DNA from: a bacterium
Lineage (GTDB): Bacteria > Verrucomicrobiota > Verrucomicrobiia > Opitutales > UBA953
Length of the DNA: 26,967 bases
NCBI GenBank assembly: GCA_009926645.1
Contig: RFOO01000001.1
Span: 1-26,967 of the forward strand
Direction: 5' to 3'
The translations under genes and the position numbers were made by a program. This document shows positions 1 through 9,190 of the stretch, piece after piece (position 1 is the stretch's first letter; each line of letters begins with the position of its first letter). The notes beneath the pieces were generated by a model. The model did no database searches and had not been told where the DNA came from. It saw nothing but the letters and a program-made list of their open reading frames with translations.

Positions 1-2
1 CT

Positions 3-824
3 CAGGCAGCTGATGCGATTCAACGTTTAGCCAAGTTAATCGCTTCACCGCTGACGGAGCGGCTGATGTCGTCCTTCACCGTGGGCTCCTTCCGCTATCG
101 TTTGTCCTTTTCCGATGCCCAAACGAGTGATGTTCTTTTGCAAAAATGTGCCCAAGTTGCTTTTGAGATTAATCCTCGAATTTTGAATGATGCCCGAGAG
201 TCGGCCTGGTCGATTGAGGTTTATGTCACTCCCACCGCTGCCTTGGTTGAGCTCAGCCCCAAGGTTTTACCTGACCCTCGTTTAGCCTACCGCATGGGGA
301 CAATTAGTGCTGCCTCTCATCCTCCTTTAGCAGCGTGTATTGCACGTTTGGCTAATCCACAGGCGAATGAGGTAGTATGGGATCCGTTTTGTGGCTCAGG
401 AATGGAGTTAATTGAGACCTGTTTGCGAGGTGGAGTGGTCAAAGTGATTGGTTCCGACTTGAGCGAAGAAGCGATTCAGCATGCACAAAACAATTTTCAA
501 GCAGCCAATTTGGCTGGAGTGAAAAGTCATTTCATCGTCGGAGATTTTAGAAATTATCTAGCCGAGACGGATCTGCAGCCCGGAACGGTTTCCTTGGTTG
601 TTTCCAATCCGCCACTGGGTCGCCGCGTGCGAGTTCCCAATCTACAGGGAATGTTTACGGATTTTTTCCAGGCGGCTTCGCGAGTGCTCAAACCGGGAGG
701 GAAGTTGGTCTTCGTCAATCCTTTGAAACTAGAGCCAGCCGATTCTTCACTTCGTCGCACCTACCGTCAAGTGGTCGACCTCGGAGGGTATGATTGCCGT
801 TTAGAGGTCTACGTTAAATTGTAA
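3..824 (+). CDS. Class I SAM-dependent RNA methyltransferase (Trm14/TrmN/RlmL-like, UPF0020-type), 5' truncated by the window edge
   Basis: Motifs AASHPPLAAC, VWDPFCGSGMELIE (motif I) and VSNPPLG (motif IV-like). The frame is open from position 3 (QAADAIQRLAKLIASPLTERLM), so the real start lies upstream of the window. Confidence 0.8.
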   Translation, partial: QAADAIQRLAKLIASPLTERLMSSFTVGSFRYRLSFSDAQTSDVLLQKCAQVAFEINPRILNDARESAWSIEVYVTPTAALVELSPKVLPDPRLAYRMGTISAASHPPLAACIARLANPQANEVVWDPFCGSGMELIETCLRGGVVKVIGSDLSEEAIQHAQNNFQAANLAGVKSHFIVGDFRNYLAETDLQPGTVSLVVSNPPLGRRVRVPNLQGMFTDFFQAASRVLKPGGKLVFVNPLKLEPADSSLRRTYRQVVDLGGYDCRLEVYVKL

Positions 825-839
825 AAGAGCATAACGAAT

Positions 840-866
840 TAGGCCCACTCTCGGAGAGTGGGCCTA
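840..866. terminator. Hairpin between the convergent methyltransferase and tmRNA; probable bidirectional intrinsic terminator
   Basis: Perfect 12-bp inverted repeat TAGGCCCACTCT-CGG-AGAGTGGGCCTA, starting 6 nt beyond the tmRNA 3' end. Confidence 0.8.
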
Positions 867-872
867 AAGAAA

Positions 873-1239
873 GGTGGAGGTGGTGGGAGTTGAACCCACG
901 TCTTCTAACCCGTACGTCACAGCTTCTACATGCTTAGCTTCATTATTAATCTCGGTCGCGTTTGGGAATGGGCACCCGTGCGACCTATTCTCATTCTCAC
1001 TTACCCCGGAGATAGAGACGAAAGAAGGGGATCGCCTGCGTTAACCGAACGGATCTAGGGATGCAGGTCAGGCCCTAGGGTTCGTCGCTGTACTTAGGCA
1101 GCGAGTGCGAGAGCGTTGTCGTTCTCGAACGTGATGGTGTTTTTAGCAGTTATATGCTGCCAGATGGATTAAAGAGGAAACTGACATCCTCTGCATGCCG
1201 TCATGATATCTTGGTTGGAATCGAATCCGGAACACCCCC
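873..1239 (-). ncRNA. ssrA: tmRNA (transfer-messenger RNA)
   Basis: The 5' end GGGGGUGUUCCGGAUUCGA pairs with the 3' end CACCUCC-A-CC and has the G3:U alanine wobble. T-arm GUGGGUUCAACUCCCAC. Internal tag frame AUAACU-GCU...GCUGCC-UAA. Length 367 nt. Confidence 0.97.
1094..1147 (-). other. tmRNA proteolysis-tag reading frame, (A)AKNTITFENDNALALAA*
   Basis: Resume codon GCU follows the typical AUAACU context. 17 codons ending ALALAA, then UAA. Confidence 0.9.
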
Positions 1240-1385
1240 GAAATGCATACGTCGACATTAGCGGGGTCGACTGAGAAGGAACCTGACCACTATCGCCGAA
1301 AACTGAATAAAGTCAAGGGGGGTGCGAAGATGAATAACTCATATTTTTCGCTTTAAAATCATCCGTTAAGGCAAAGGGTAGGCGA

Positions 1386-2342
1386 GTGGATGTATTTACG
1401 GCAGAATTATCTCAAGCGCTTCTTCGCATGGGGCTGTTTATTTTTATCGGCTGGTTCTTGGCTCGTCAGGGTTTGGTCGTGTCCGCGGCTCGACCCTCTA
1501 TCATGCGTTTAGTCATCGGAGTTTTTTTTCCTGCTCTTATTTTTTCTCGGGTTTGTAATAATCCCTTACTGAGTTCGAGTTCTCGAGCCGCTCTTTATCT
1601 CGGAGTCGGTTTTGCCATGGTCGTTGTGGGAATTCTCGTTTCGCGCTTGGTTGCGCACCTTCTGGGATTTAAAACGGGAGTAACGAAGCGCACTTTTGCT
1701 TATGCGGCAGGAATTAATAATTTTGGGTATCTAGGCATACCTGTAACCGCGGCGTTATTTAATGACCATGTCATGGGAGTTCTGCTGGTGCATAATGTTG
1801 GAGTTGAGGCGGCGGTTTGGACTTTTGGGGTCGCCTATTTATCAGGGAAAAAGGGCTGGATGTTCCTCAAAGATCTTGTGCAACCGATGACGGTTTCGTT
1901 GGCCATAGCGTTAGTCCTGAATTTTTTGGGATGGAGTAACTCGGCTCCCGTGCTTTTTGCCACACAGTTTACGCACGTTATCGGAGAGTGTGCTATTCCC
2001 GTGGGTACAATTCTTACGGGGGTTTATCTTTTTGAAACAATCCGGGGGTATCGTTTTTTTGCTGAACCACGCATGACCACAGGCTTCATCCTTTGCCGTT
2101 GGCTCATGATTCCAATGATACTTTTAGCGGCAGCTAGCTTTTTGATTCCGGATGCCGAATTACAAAAAGTCATGCTCGTACAAGCCGCAATGCCTGCGGG
2201 AATTTTTAGTTTTTTGATTGTGGAGATGTATAAGGGAGACGTTGCGGTTGCTCTGCGCTGTTCTGTTTTTACAATCGCTTTTTGCCCGTTGATTACACCC
2301 CTCTGGCTTTACCTAGGTTCTCGTTGGCTCCACCTTGGCTAA
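1386..2342 (+). CDS. AEC (auxin efflux carrier / membrane transport protein) family transporter
   Basis: 318 aa with about 10 hydrophobic segments. Family motifs NFGYLGIP, GECAIP and QAAMPAG. GTG start. Confidence 0.88.
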   Translation: MDVFTAELSQALLRMGLFIFIGWFLARQGLVVSAARPSIMRLVIGVFFPALIFSRVCNNPLLSSSSRAALYLGVGFAMVVVGILVSRLVAHLLGFKTGVTKRTFAYAAGINNFGYLGIPVTAALFNDHVMGVLLVHNVGVEAAVWTFGVAYLSGKKGWMFLKDLVQPMTVSLAIALVLNFLGWSNSAPVLFATQFTHVIGECAIPVGTILTGVYLFETIRGYRFFAEPRMTTGFILCRWLMIPMILLAAASFLIPDAELQKVMLVQAAMPAGIFSFLIVEMYKGDVAVALRCSVFTIAFCPLITPLWLYLGSRWLHLG

Positions 2343-3736
2343 TGAAAGAAATGAAAATATTTGTCAGTACACTGTGTCTCTTCCTCGTCGGATGTGTGAG
2401 TTATTTGGATCAAGCTGAAGTGGCTCAACTGGCGATTCTCTCGGGCGATTACGAAACTTTGTCGAGTGTAGCACTCGCTGAAACTGAACAATCGAGGAAT
2501 GAGTCACTACTTTGGCAAATGGAGGCGGGTGCGGCTTTACGAGCCCAAGGCAAAATTAAGGAAAGTGTGGTTTCCTTTGAGCGAGTCGAAAGTGCTCTCC
2601 GGGCCGAAGAGGAGAGGGCTGATTTTTCAGTTTCTGAAGAAGTGGTGGGGGCGTTCTCAAATGAATATGCTCAGGCCTACCGTCCGAAGCCAGTCGACCG
2701 AATTTTTGCTTCGACTTATCAATTGCTTAATTGGATTGAACTCGGTGATTTTGCGCGAGCGCGAGTCGCTGTAACGCGTTTGCGATTTGTTCAGGAGAAA
2801 TGGGGTAATCGCGAAATTTATCTCTCGGCTTCGGCCAAAACAGGAAACGAGGCTGCGGTGGAGAAGGCCTCACAGGAGGGGCAGACGAAGTTGGCATTAG
2901 ATCAAATCGAGCAAGACCTATCTACCTATGGTGTGGCATCGACTTATGATGATGCCTTTAGTCATTGGCTCCAAGGGATGTTTTTAATGCACACCGCGCG
3001 TGAGGCCTCAGACTATGAGCGAGCGCGAAAAGAATTTTTAGCGGCTGCACAACTTAATCCTGAATGTTCCGTTATCCAAGCCGATCGGGCTGATTGTGAA
3101 AAGTTGATTCAGGGTAAATCGCTTGAGCGTTTAGTCTATGTTGTGGTCGAAAAAGGTCATGCGCCAGAGTGGTATGAGCAGCGAGTTGATTTCCCTGCTT
3201 TTTTGATTTCGGACCGCGTCTCCTTTGTGTCCGTGGCTTTGCCAGCTATCCGTCCAGCGAAACCCGATTACTCTCTCGCTTTGAATCTCGACGACAAAGG
3301 CTTGAGTCTTTCGCCTGTTTCTCGTCCCGAGGCTTTAGTGGCGCAGCATTTTGCAGCCTCGTTTTCGACGATTAAAACACGAGCGGTGGTTTCAGCGGTG
3401 ACAAAAACAGCCAGCGCTTATGCAATCAATAAGGCAACCGAACAAAGGGAACAGCGCAGGCAGGATAATGAGTCTCGATGGCTTCGCGTCATTGGACAGA
3501 TCGGGGCTGGGGTTTATACGGTTGCCTCAACCCAGGCGGATTTACGTCATTGGCGAAGTCTTCCTGCACGATTTTCCTTAGCCCGTCTGACAGCTCCCTC
3601 TGGTAGTAAAATCAGTGTGGTTGGTAGGCCAGAGGTGTCTTGTATTTTACCAGAGGGCAAGGTTCTGCTTGTAAGCGTAAAGTCTTCTAGCGAATATAGT
3701 CCTGTTACTCTTCGCTGTACTGTTTTAATTCCATGA
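2342..3736 (+). CDS. COG3014-like helical-repeat lipoprotein of unknown function
   Basis: Start more likely ATG 2342 (TAATG overlap with the AEC stop) or ATG 2351 than 2282. Lipoprotein signal MKIFVSTLCLFLVG-C. Helical N-half with YRPKPVDRIF. C-terminal ADLRHWRSLPARF resembles the ADxRxWxxLP signature of this family. Lies upstream of the YcfL- and LpoB-like genes. Confidence 0.75.
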   Translation: MKEMKIFVSTLCLFLVGCVSYLDQAEVAQLAILSGDYETLSSVALAETEQSRNESLLWQMEAGAALRAQGKIKESVVSFERVESALRAEEERADFSVSEEVVGAFSNEYAQAYRPKPVDRIFASTYQLLNWIELGDFARARVAVTRLRFVQEKWGNREIYLSASAKTGNEAAVEKASQEGQTKLALDQIEQDLSTYGVASTYDDAFSHWLQGMFLMHTAREASDYERARKEFLAAAQLNPECSVIQADRADCEKLIQGKSLERLVYVVVEKGHAPEWYEQRVDFPAFLISDRVSFVSVALPAIRPAKPDYSLALNLDDKGLSLSPVSRPEALVAQHFAASFSTIKTRAVVSAVTKTASAYAINKATEQREQRRQDNESRWLRVIGQIGAGVYTVASTQADLRHWRSLPARFSLARLTAPSGSKISVVGRPEVSCILPEGKVLLVSVKSSSEYSPVTLRCTVLIP

Positions 3737-4164
3737 AAAATCTTCTTCTTTTCGGCGTAGCAATGCTCTTCGTTGGTTGTTCAACGATTATCAAAGTAGG
3801 TGATCAAATTGAGCGTGCCGCAACCCCTCCTGATGCGGTTAATTATGTTACGACAAAGCCTGATGGTAATTACGAAGTGCAGTTAAACGATGGCCGATTG
3901 GCAGAAAAGTTAACCATTATTTCACTACGCAAATTCAAAAATCAAGGTGGCTACCTACAAGTACAGTGTGAGTTGAAAAATAGTTCGGCTCTCAGGCAGG
4001 ATTTTAATGTCAGCTTTGAATTTCTCGCGGCGGACGGAAGAGTTATCGAAGGGCAGCGCAATTGGGATACGTTACAACTGGAGCCTGGTGCTCTTCATAC
4101 CTATACAGCCACGGCCTTACGTTTCGAGGCTGTGGAATGTCGTCTACGCTTTCTTGCTAAATAA
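3733..4164 (+). CDS. YcfL/DUF1425-like lipoprotein
   Basis: Lipobox LFVG-C. Beta-rich domain LQVQCELKN...FEFLAADG...W..LQLEPG, typical of DUF1425. ATGA overlap with the upstream gene. Confidence 0.75.
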   Translation: MKNLLLFGVAMLFVGCSTIIKVGDQIERAATPPDAVNYVTTKPDGNYEVQLNDGRLAEKLTIISLRKFKNQGGYLQVQCELKNSSALRQDFNVSFEFLAADGRVIEGQRNWDTLQLEPGALHTYTATALRFEAVECRLRFLAK

Positions 4165-4172
4165 TTTTTACC

Positions 4173-4721
4173 ATGAATCGACTCATTCTCTCCCTCTCTA
4201 CAGCACTTCTTGTTTTAGTTGGCTGCGGTACACCTGCTGCTTACAAAGATCCTAATGGACGCGACTTGGTCGTTAGTTTGGATCAGGTGAATATTCAGGA
4301 TTTCGCCTCGGCTGGTGCAGCGATGCTTCAGTCCATGTCTAATGCTCCTGTTTTAAATCAACAGCCACCTGCTGTCTTAAAATTGGGTACTATCACTAAC
4401 GACACTACAGTGAATTTTGATACGAGCCTTTTATTGTCCAAGTTGACCGTGCCCTTAGTGAATTCGGGCCGCATTGTTTTACTGGAAAGCGACATGGCTG
4501 CTGATGCCGCTCGCCAAGCACAGGGTGCAGAGGGTCAAGTTCCCCAAGCCCAATTGGTTCTGAAGGGGAAAATTTTAGAAGATCGTGCCAATGCGGGTAG
4601 CACTCGCCAGGCTTCCTATGTTTTCCAACTGACTTTAGTCGATGTTAAGCGTGGAGTGGCCCTTTGGACGGAAGAGAAAATTGTCACTAAACAGGGCACC
4701 AAAAATACTGTTGGGTTTTAA
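4173..4721 (+). CDS. LpoB-like lipoprotein (penicillin-binding protein activator LpoB family)
   Basis: Lipobox VLVG-C. Pattern ITNDT..FDT..L...L...LVNSGR and C-terminal YVFQLTLVDVKRGVALWTEE match the LpoB/CsgG-like fold. Confidence 0.75.
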   Translation: MNRLILSLSTALLVLVGCGTPAAYKDPNGRDLVVSLDQVNIQDFASAGAAMLQSMSNAPVLNQQPPAVLKLGTITNDTTVNFDTSLLLSKLTVPLVNSGRIVLLESDMAADAARQAQGAEGQVPQAQLVLKGKILEDRANAGSTRQASYVFQLTLVDVKRGVALWTEEKIVTKQGTKNTVGF

Positions 4722-4773
4722 GTGAAACGCTTCCTGCGTTTGACCTTTTATCAGCCTGCGTCTCTGTCGAGGG

Positions 4774-5820
4774 ATGCAGGTTGATTTTTTAATCATTGGT
4801 CAAGGTCTTGCGGGCTCACTCTTAGCTCGAGCCTTAAAGCACCGTGGCCAAAAAGTCATGGTCGTGGATGATGGGTGGAAATCTTCCTCTTCGCAGGTGG
4901 CAGCAGGTTTGATGACCCCCTTGACGGGTCGACGTTTTACGCTGACTCCTGAATACCCTGAACTTTTTCAACAGGCTCAAAAAGTTTTATCAGCGTTGCA
5001 GGTGTTTCGACCCATCGAAGTTTACCGAATATTTGTTGATGCCGAACAACGTGAGCGCGGTTTGAAACGTTCGCACTCGGATACCTATCGTCCCTTTATA
5101 AAACAAATCAGTGACCATGCGGGAGTATTGGACACCCGTTTGACCGATGATTGGGGTGGGGTGTTGATGTCAGGGGCTTGGGTGGATTTGCCGAAACTAC
5201 TTCATGATGTGCGTACCGAATTGCAGGCTGAGAATGCCTGGCAGCAAACGACTTTTGATCCCGCTGAGATTGAAGTGACTTCAGATTGTATTCGCTGGAA
5301 AGATTTTTCGGCTCGCGGGCTAATTTATTGTGATGGCTACAAGTCATCCCAGCGGGGGCCCTTTACCTATTTGCCATGGCAGCCAGCAAAAGGTGAGGCG
5401 ATTACCTTTCAGTCTCCTGTACCTCAGACGAGCTTTGTTTTAAATCGTGAAGGTTGGGCCCTGCCTCTTGGCAACGGTCGCTGGCGAGCTGGGACAAATT
5501 GGGAGTGGACTCAACTGGATGAGAATCCTTGCAGCATGCAGAAGGAAAAACTGATACGACGCTTTATCGGTTATTTTCGTGATCCAATCACGTTGGAGGT
5601 TACGGAACATGTGGCCGGGGTTCGACCATGTACCAGCGATAATTACCCGATGTTGGGCACACACCCCTCTTTGCCGAGGGTGCATTTGTTTAATGGCATG
5701 GGGCCACGCGGAACCGTCTGGGCTCCGACCTTGGCGGAGGAGATGGCGGATTATTTGGTCAAGCAATCACCGTTGCGCGCCCAGTGTGACCTCCGTCGTT
5801 TTCCGATTTCAACGAAGTAG
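4774..5820 (+). CDS. FAD-dependent oxidoreductase (DAO/glycine oxidase/MnmC-C-terminal-like family)
   Basis: N-terminal dinucleotide motif DFLIIGQGLAG, SSQVAAGL, PAKGE, AGVRPCTSD and FNGMGPRG. Confidence 0.85.
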   Translation: MQVDFLIIGQGLAGSLLARALKHRGQKVMVVDDGWKSSSSQVAAGLMTPLTGRRFTLTPEYPELFQQAQKVLSALQVFRPIEVYRIFVDAEQRERGLKRSHSDTYRPFIKQISDHAGVLDTRLTDDWGGVLMSGAWVDLPKLLHDVRTELQAENAWQQTTFDPAEIEVTSDCIRWKDFSARGLIYCDGYKSSQRGPFTYLPWQPAKGEAITFQSPVPQTSFVLNREGWALPLGNGRWRAGTNWEWTQLDENPCSMQKEKLIRRFIGYFRDPITLEVTEHVAGVRPCTSDNYPMLGTHPSLPRVHLFNGMGPRGTVWAPTLAEEMADYLVKQSPLRAQCDLRRFPISTK

Positions 5821-5823
5821 GGC

Positions 5824-6285
5824 CTATTTTTTCTTTTTCGACTTCGGTGACGATTCGCCTTTGGCCACTAAGTAATCAACCGCTAGCAAGTAGCCATCAA
5901 ACCCTAAGCCAGTAATCACTCCGGTGCAGGCTGACGCCGTGACCGATTGATGACGAAAAGACTCACGCTTGTAGATATTGGAAATATGAACTTCAACGGC
6001 GTTCATCCCGCTACCAGCAATACAGTCGCGTAGGGCAACGCTGACGTGGGTGTGACCACCAGGATTAATGATTAAAAATTTCACACCTTCATCGGCCCAT
6101 TCCGCAATCTTATCGATCAGTTTACCTTCGTGATTCGATTGAAAGAACTGTGTCTTAGCACCCGCTTTTTTGGCGTGTTGAGCAATTAGGTTCTCGAGGT
6201 CTTTCAGCGTTTGCGTGCCATAGACCTCCGGCTCGCGTTTACCGAGACGGTCGAGATTGGGTCCGTTGATGACGCCGATTTTCAT
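5824..6285 (-). CDS. aroQ: Type II 3-dehydroquinate dehydratase
   Basis: NGPNLDRLGKREPEVYG, FFQSNHEG, INPGGHTH and EVHISNIYKRESFRH. Start taken as ATG 6285 (MKIGVIN) rather than 6327. Confidence 0.96.
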   Translation of the reverse strand: MKIGVINGPNLDRLGKREPEVYGTQTLKDLENLIAQHAKKAGAKTQFFQSNHEGKLIDKIAEWADEGVKFLIINPGGHTHVSVALRDCIAGSGMNAVEVHISNIYKRESFRHQSVTASACTGVITGLGFDGYLLAVDYLVAKGESSPKSKKKK

Positions 6286-6344
6286 ACAAGGTTCATAGGG
6301 GCTTCTCCCTGTATGGACAAGTCGCATTAAGAACCTTACCCATA

Positions 6345-6372
6345 AAAAAGGGGCGAATCATCGCCCCTTTTT
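6345..6372 (-). terminator. Intrinsic terminator after acnA
   Basis: AAAAAGGGGCGA-ATCA-TCGCCCCTTTTT, with U-runs on both sides. Confidence 0.85.
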
Positions 6373-6391
6373 CGTTAAACAGCGCTCAATT

Positions 6392-9085
6392 TCACTTGAG
6401 GATCTGACGGAGAACGTAGGGCAGAATGCCACCATGGCGGTAGTATTCAGCTTCGATAGCCGTATCAATCCGAGCGACGAGCGGAGCTTTGTCGACTTTA
6501 CCATCGGCACGATGAATGACGAGGGTAACGACTTGGCGTGGTTTGATAGGGTCGGTGAGTCCTTCGAGGTCGAACGTTTCCGAGCCGTTTAATTGGAAGG
6601 AAGCGGCGTTTTTACCATCAGCGAATTCCAAGGGCAGAACACCCATGCCGATGAGGTTGGAACGGTGAATGCGTTCGAAGGATTGAGCAACCACAGCTTT
6701 GATGCCGAGGAGAGCAGTACCCTTAGCGGCCCAGTCGCGCGACGATCCCATACCATAGTCAACACCACCGAAAACGATTAAGCCTTCTCCGCGTTGAGCG
6801 TAGGTTTGGCAAGCGTCGTAGATGGTATCGATTTTACCTTCAGGATAAACTTTGGTGAAGCCACCTTCTTTACCTTCGGCCATGGAGTTTTTAACTTGGG
6901 TATTGGCGAAAGTACCACGAGTCATGATGCGATCGTTGCCACGACGCGAGCCGTAGGAATTGAAATCCTTTTTGGCTACGCCCGCAGCGAGCAGGAATTT
7001 TCCTGCAGGGGTCTCTTCTTTGAATGAACCCGCTGGAGAAATGTGGTCGGTGGTTACTGAATCACCGAGAATAGCGATGGGACGCAATTTCTTGAGTGAT
7101 GGTACTGGAGGAGGAGTCATCGAGAACCCCTTGAAGAAGGGAGGTTCTTGAATGTAGGTGGAAGATTCTTTCCAGCTGAAGCGAGCTCCTAATCCGCCTT
7201 GTACGCCTTTCCACTCTGCGGTTGCGTTGGCCAGAGATTCGGAGGCGTATTTCGACTTAAACATTTCGGGCTTTAGGCCACGCGCAACGTGCTCGGCAAT
7301 TTCTGCCTGGCTGGGCCAGATGTCTTTCAAGAATACTGGCTTACCTGATTTGTCGGTGCCCAGTGGTTCTTTGTCTAAATCAATGTCGACTCGGCCAGCG
7401 AGGGCGAATGCCACCACAAGGGGAGGAGACATTAGGAAGTTGGATCTTACTGCACCGTGAACGCGGGCTTCAAAGTTACGATTTCCGGAAAGAACCGAAG
7501 CCGTAACGAGGTCGCCTTGTTTAATCGCATTCTCAATCTCGGCGTCCAGAGGACCTGAATTTCCGATACAGGTTGTGCAACCATAGCCAACGAGATTGAA
7601 TCCGAGTTGGTCGAGATAAGGTGTGAGCTTGGTCTCGTTGAGGTAATCCGTCACAACACGCGATCCCGGGGCGAGAGAGCACTTGACTGTGGGATTAACC
7701 TGAAGGCCTTTTTCGACGGCTTTCTTTGCTACCAGGCCAGCCGCTACCATCACTGATGGATTGGAAGTGTTGGTGCACGAAGTAATCGCAGCGATGACGA
7801 CGGAGGCGTGTTTCAGTTGTCGACCCGTTTGTCCGATAGGAGCAGAGGCAGAGCGGTCGGCTTCGGCTTTACCAAATCCGTTTTTATCTTTGGGCGTAGT
7901 AAAGAGCGTGTTGAAGGACTCTTTGATTTTCGGTAAATCGATTCGGTCTTGCGGGCGTTTTGGACCAGAGACGCAGGGTACAACTGTGCTGATATCGAGC
8001 TCGATGGTCTGGGTGTAATCGATGCTTCCAGCCTTCGGAATGCCGAAGAGGCCTTGAGCCTTATAGTATTCGCGAACTAATGCGACATGGGCTTCATCGC
8101 GACCCGTTTGGCGGAGGTAATCGAGGGATTTATCATCGACGGGGAAGAAGCCCATCGTGGCACCGTATTCAGGAGCCATGTTCGCAATCGTGGCTCGGTC
8201 AGCGAGCGAAAGAGCCTCGGTTCCTTCGCCAAAGAATTCGACGAATTTGCCGACGACTTTGGCCTTACGGAGAATTTCAGTGAGGCGCAGAGTGAGGTCG
8301 GTAGCGGTTACGCCTTCGCGAAGGCTTCCCTTTAAGTGAACACCGATCACTTCAGGGGTTTGGAAATAAACTGGCTGACCGAGCATACCCGCTTCGGCTT
8401 CAATCCCACCAACGCCCCAACCCACAACGCCAATACCGTTAATCATAGTCGTGTGTGAGTCGGTACCAACTAAAGTGTCTGGATAGAAAACTCCGTTCTT
8501 CTCGAAGACGAGTTTAGCGAGGTATTCGAGGTTAACTTGGTGGACAATGCCGATAGCTGGAGGAACCACACCAAACGTTTTGAAAGCTTGCATGCCCCAT
8601 TTTAAAAACTCGTAGCGCTCGGTATTGCGGGCGAATTCTTGACGAAGGTTTTCCAGGAAAGAATTAGCCGTTCCAGCACGGTCAACTTGCACAGAGTGGT
8701 CGACGACGAGGTCAACGGGCACGAGAGGTTCAATGACCGAACTATCTTTACCTAAACGTGCTACCGCTTCGCGCATGGCAGCGAGGTCGACTAAAAGGGG
8801 TACGCCGGTGAAGTCTTGTAAAACGATTCGGGCAACGACAAAGGGGATTTCTGTGTCGACAGGTTTTTGTGCGTTCCATTGGGCAAGCGAACGAACATCG
8901 CTCTCGGTCACCGCAACTCCATCGCAATTACGCAAAACAGACTCTAAAACGAGTCGAATAGAAACAGGGAGACGGGAGATTTTCCCGATGCCTGCTTGTT
9001 CTAAAGCTGGTAACGAGTAGATCGAACCAGATTTTCCGCCCGCAGAAAAAGGACGGAGTGCTTTGAAGGGGTCTTTTTGTGCCAT
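6392..9085 (-). CDS. acnA: Aconitate hydratase A
   Basis: 897 aa. [60 protein letters not shown] and [12 protein letters not shown]. Confidence 0.98.
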   Translation of the reverse strand: MAQKDPFKALRPFSAGGKSGSIYSLPALEQAGIGKISRLPVSIRLVLESVLRNCDGVAVTESDVRSLAQWNAQKPVDTEIPFVVARIVLQDFTGVPLLVDLAAMREAVARLGKDSSVIEPLVPVDLVVDHSVQVDRAGTANSFLENLRQEFARNTERYEFLKWGMQAFKTFGVVPPAIGIVHQVNLEYLAKLVFEKNGVFYPDTLVGTDSHTTMINGIGVVGWGVGGIEAEAGMLGQPVYFQTPEVIGVHLKGSLREGVTATDLTLRLTEILRKAKVVGKFVEFFGEGTEALSLADRATIANMAPEYGATMGFFPVDDKSLDYLRQTGRDEAHVALVREYYKAQGLFGIPKAGSIDYTQTIELDISTVVPCVSGPKRPQDRIDLPKIKESFNTLFTTPKDKNGFGKAEADRSASAPIGQTGRQLKHASVVIAAITSCTNTSNPSVMVAAGLVAKKAVEKGLQVNPTVKCSLAPGSRVVTDYLNETKLTPYLDQLGFNLVGYGCTTCIGNSGPLDAEIENAIKQGDLVTASVLSGNRNFEARVHGAVRSNFLMSPPLVVAFALAGRVDIDLDKEPLGTDKSGKPVFLKDIWPSQAEIAEHVARGLKPEMFKSKYASESLANATAEWKGVQGGLGARFSWKESSTYIQEPPFFKGFSMTPPPVPSLKKLRPIAILGDSVTTDHISPAGSFKEETPAGKFLLAAGVAKKDFNSYGSRRGNDRIMTRGTFANTQVKNSMAEGKEGGFTKVYPEGKIDTIYDACQTYAQRGEGLIVFGGVDYGMGSSRDWAAKGTALLGIKAVVAQSFERIHRSNLIGMGVLPLEFADGKNAASFQLNGSETFDLEGLTDPIKPRQVVTLVIHRADGKVDKAPLVARIDTAIEAEYYRHGGILPYVLRQILK

Positions 9086-9142
9086 GTTTGAGTGATAATG
9101 AAAAGGGTATGAAGGATTGGTGAGGGATAGCCAAAAACAAAG

Positions 9143-9171
9143 AAGGCGGTCGGGGCAAGCCCGACCGCCTT
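9143..9171 (-). terminator. Intrinsic terminator after the peroxiredoxin gene
   Basis: Perfect 12-bp stem AAGGCGGTCGGG/CCCGACCGCCTT with a 5-nt loop, followed on the - strand by CTTTGTTTTT. Confidence 0.85.
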
Positions 9172-9190
9172 AAAAACGATGGTTTTTAAG

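Noticed and set aside
840-900. tmRNA 3' end as an integration site for an island or prophage
   Set aside because: No integrase is nearby, I saw no duplicate of the 3' end in the window, and the flanking DNA is the terminator plus a housekeeping-type gene.
1251-1271. GTCGAC-N9-GTCGAC hairpin in the tmRNA upstream region
   Set aside because: A 6-bp stem only; it may be part of the precursor leader but cannot be told from chance.
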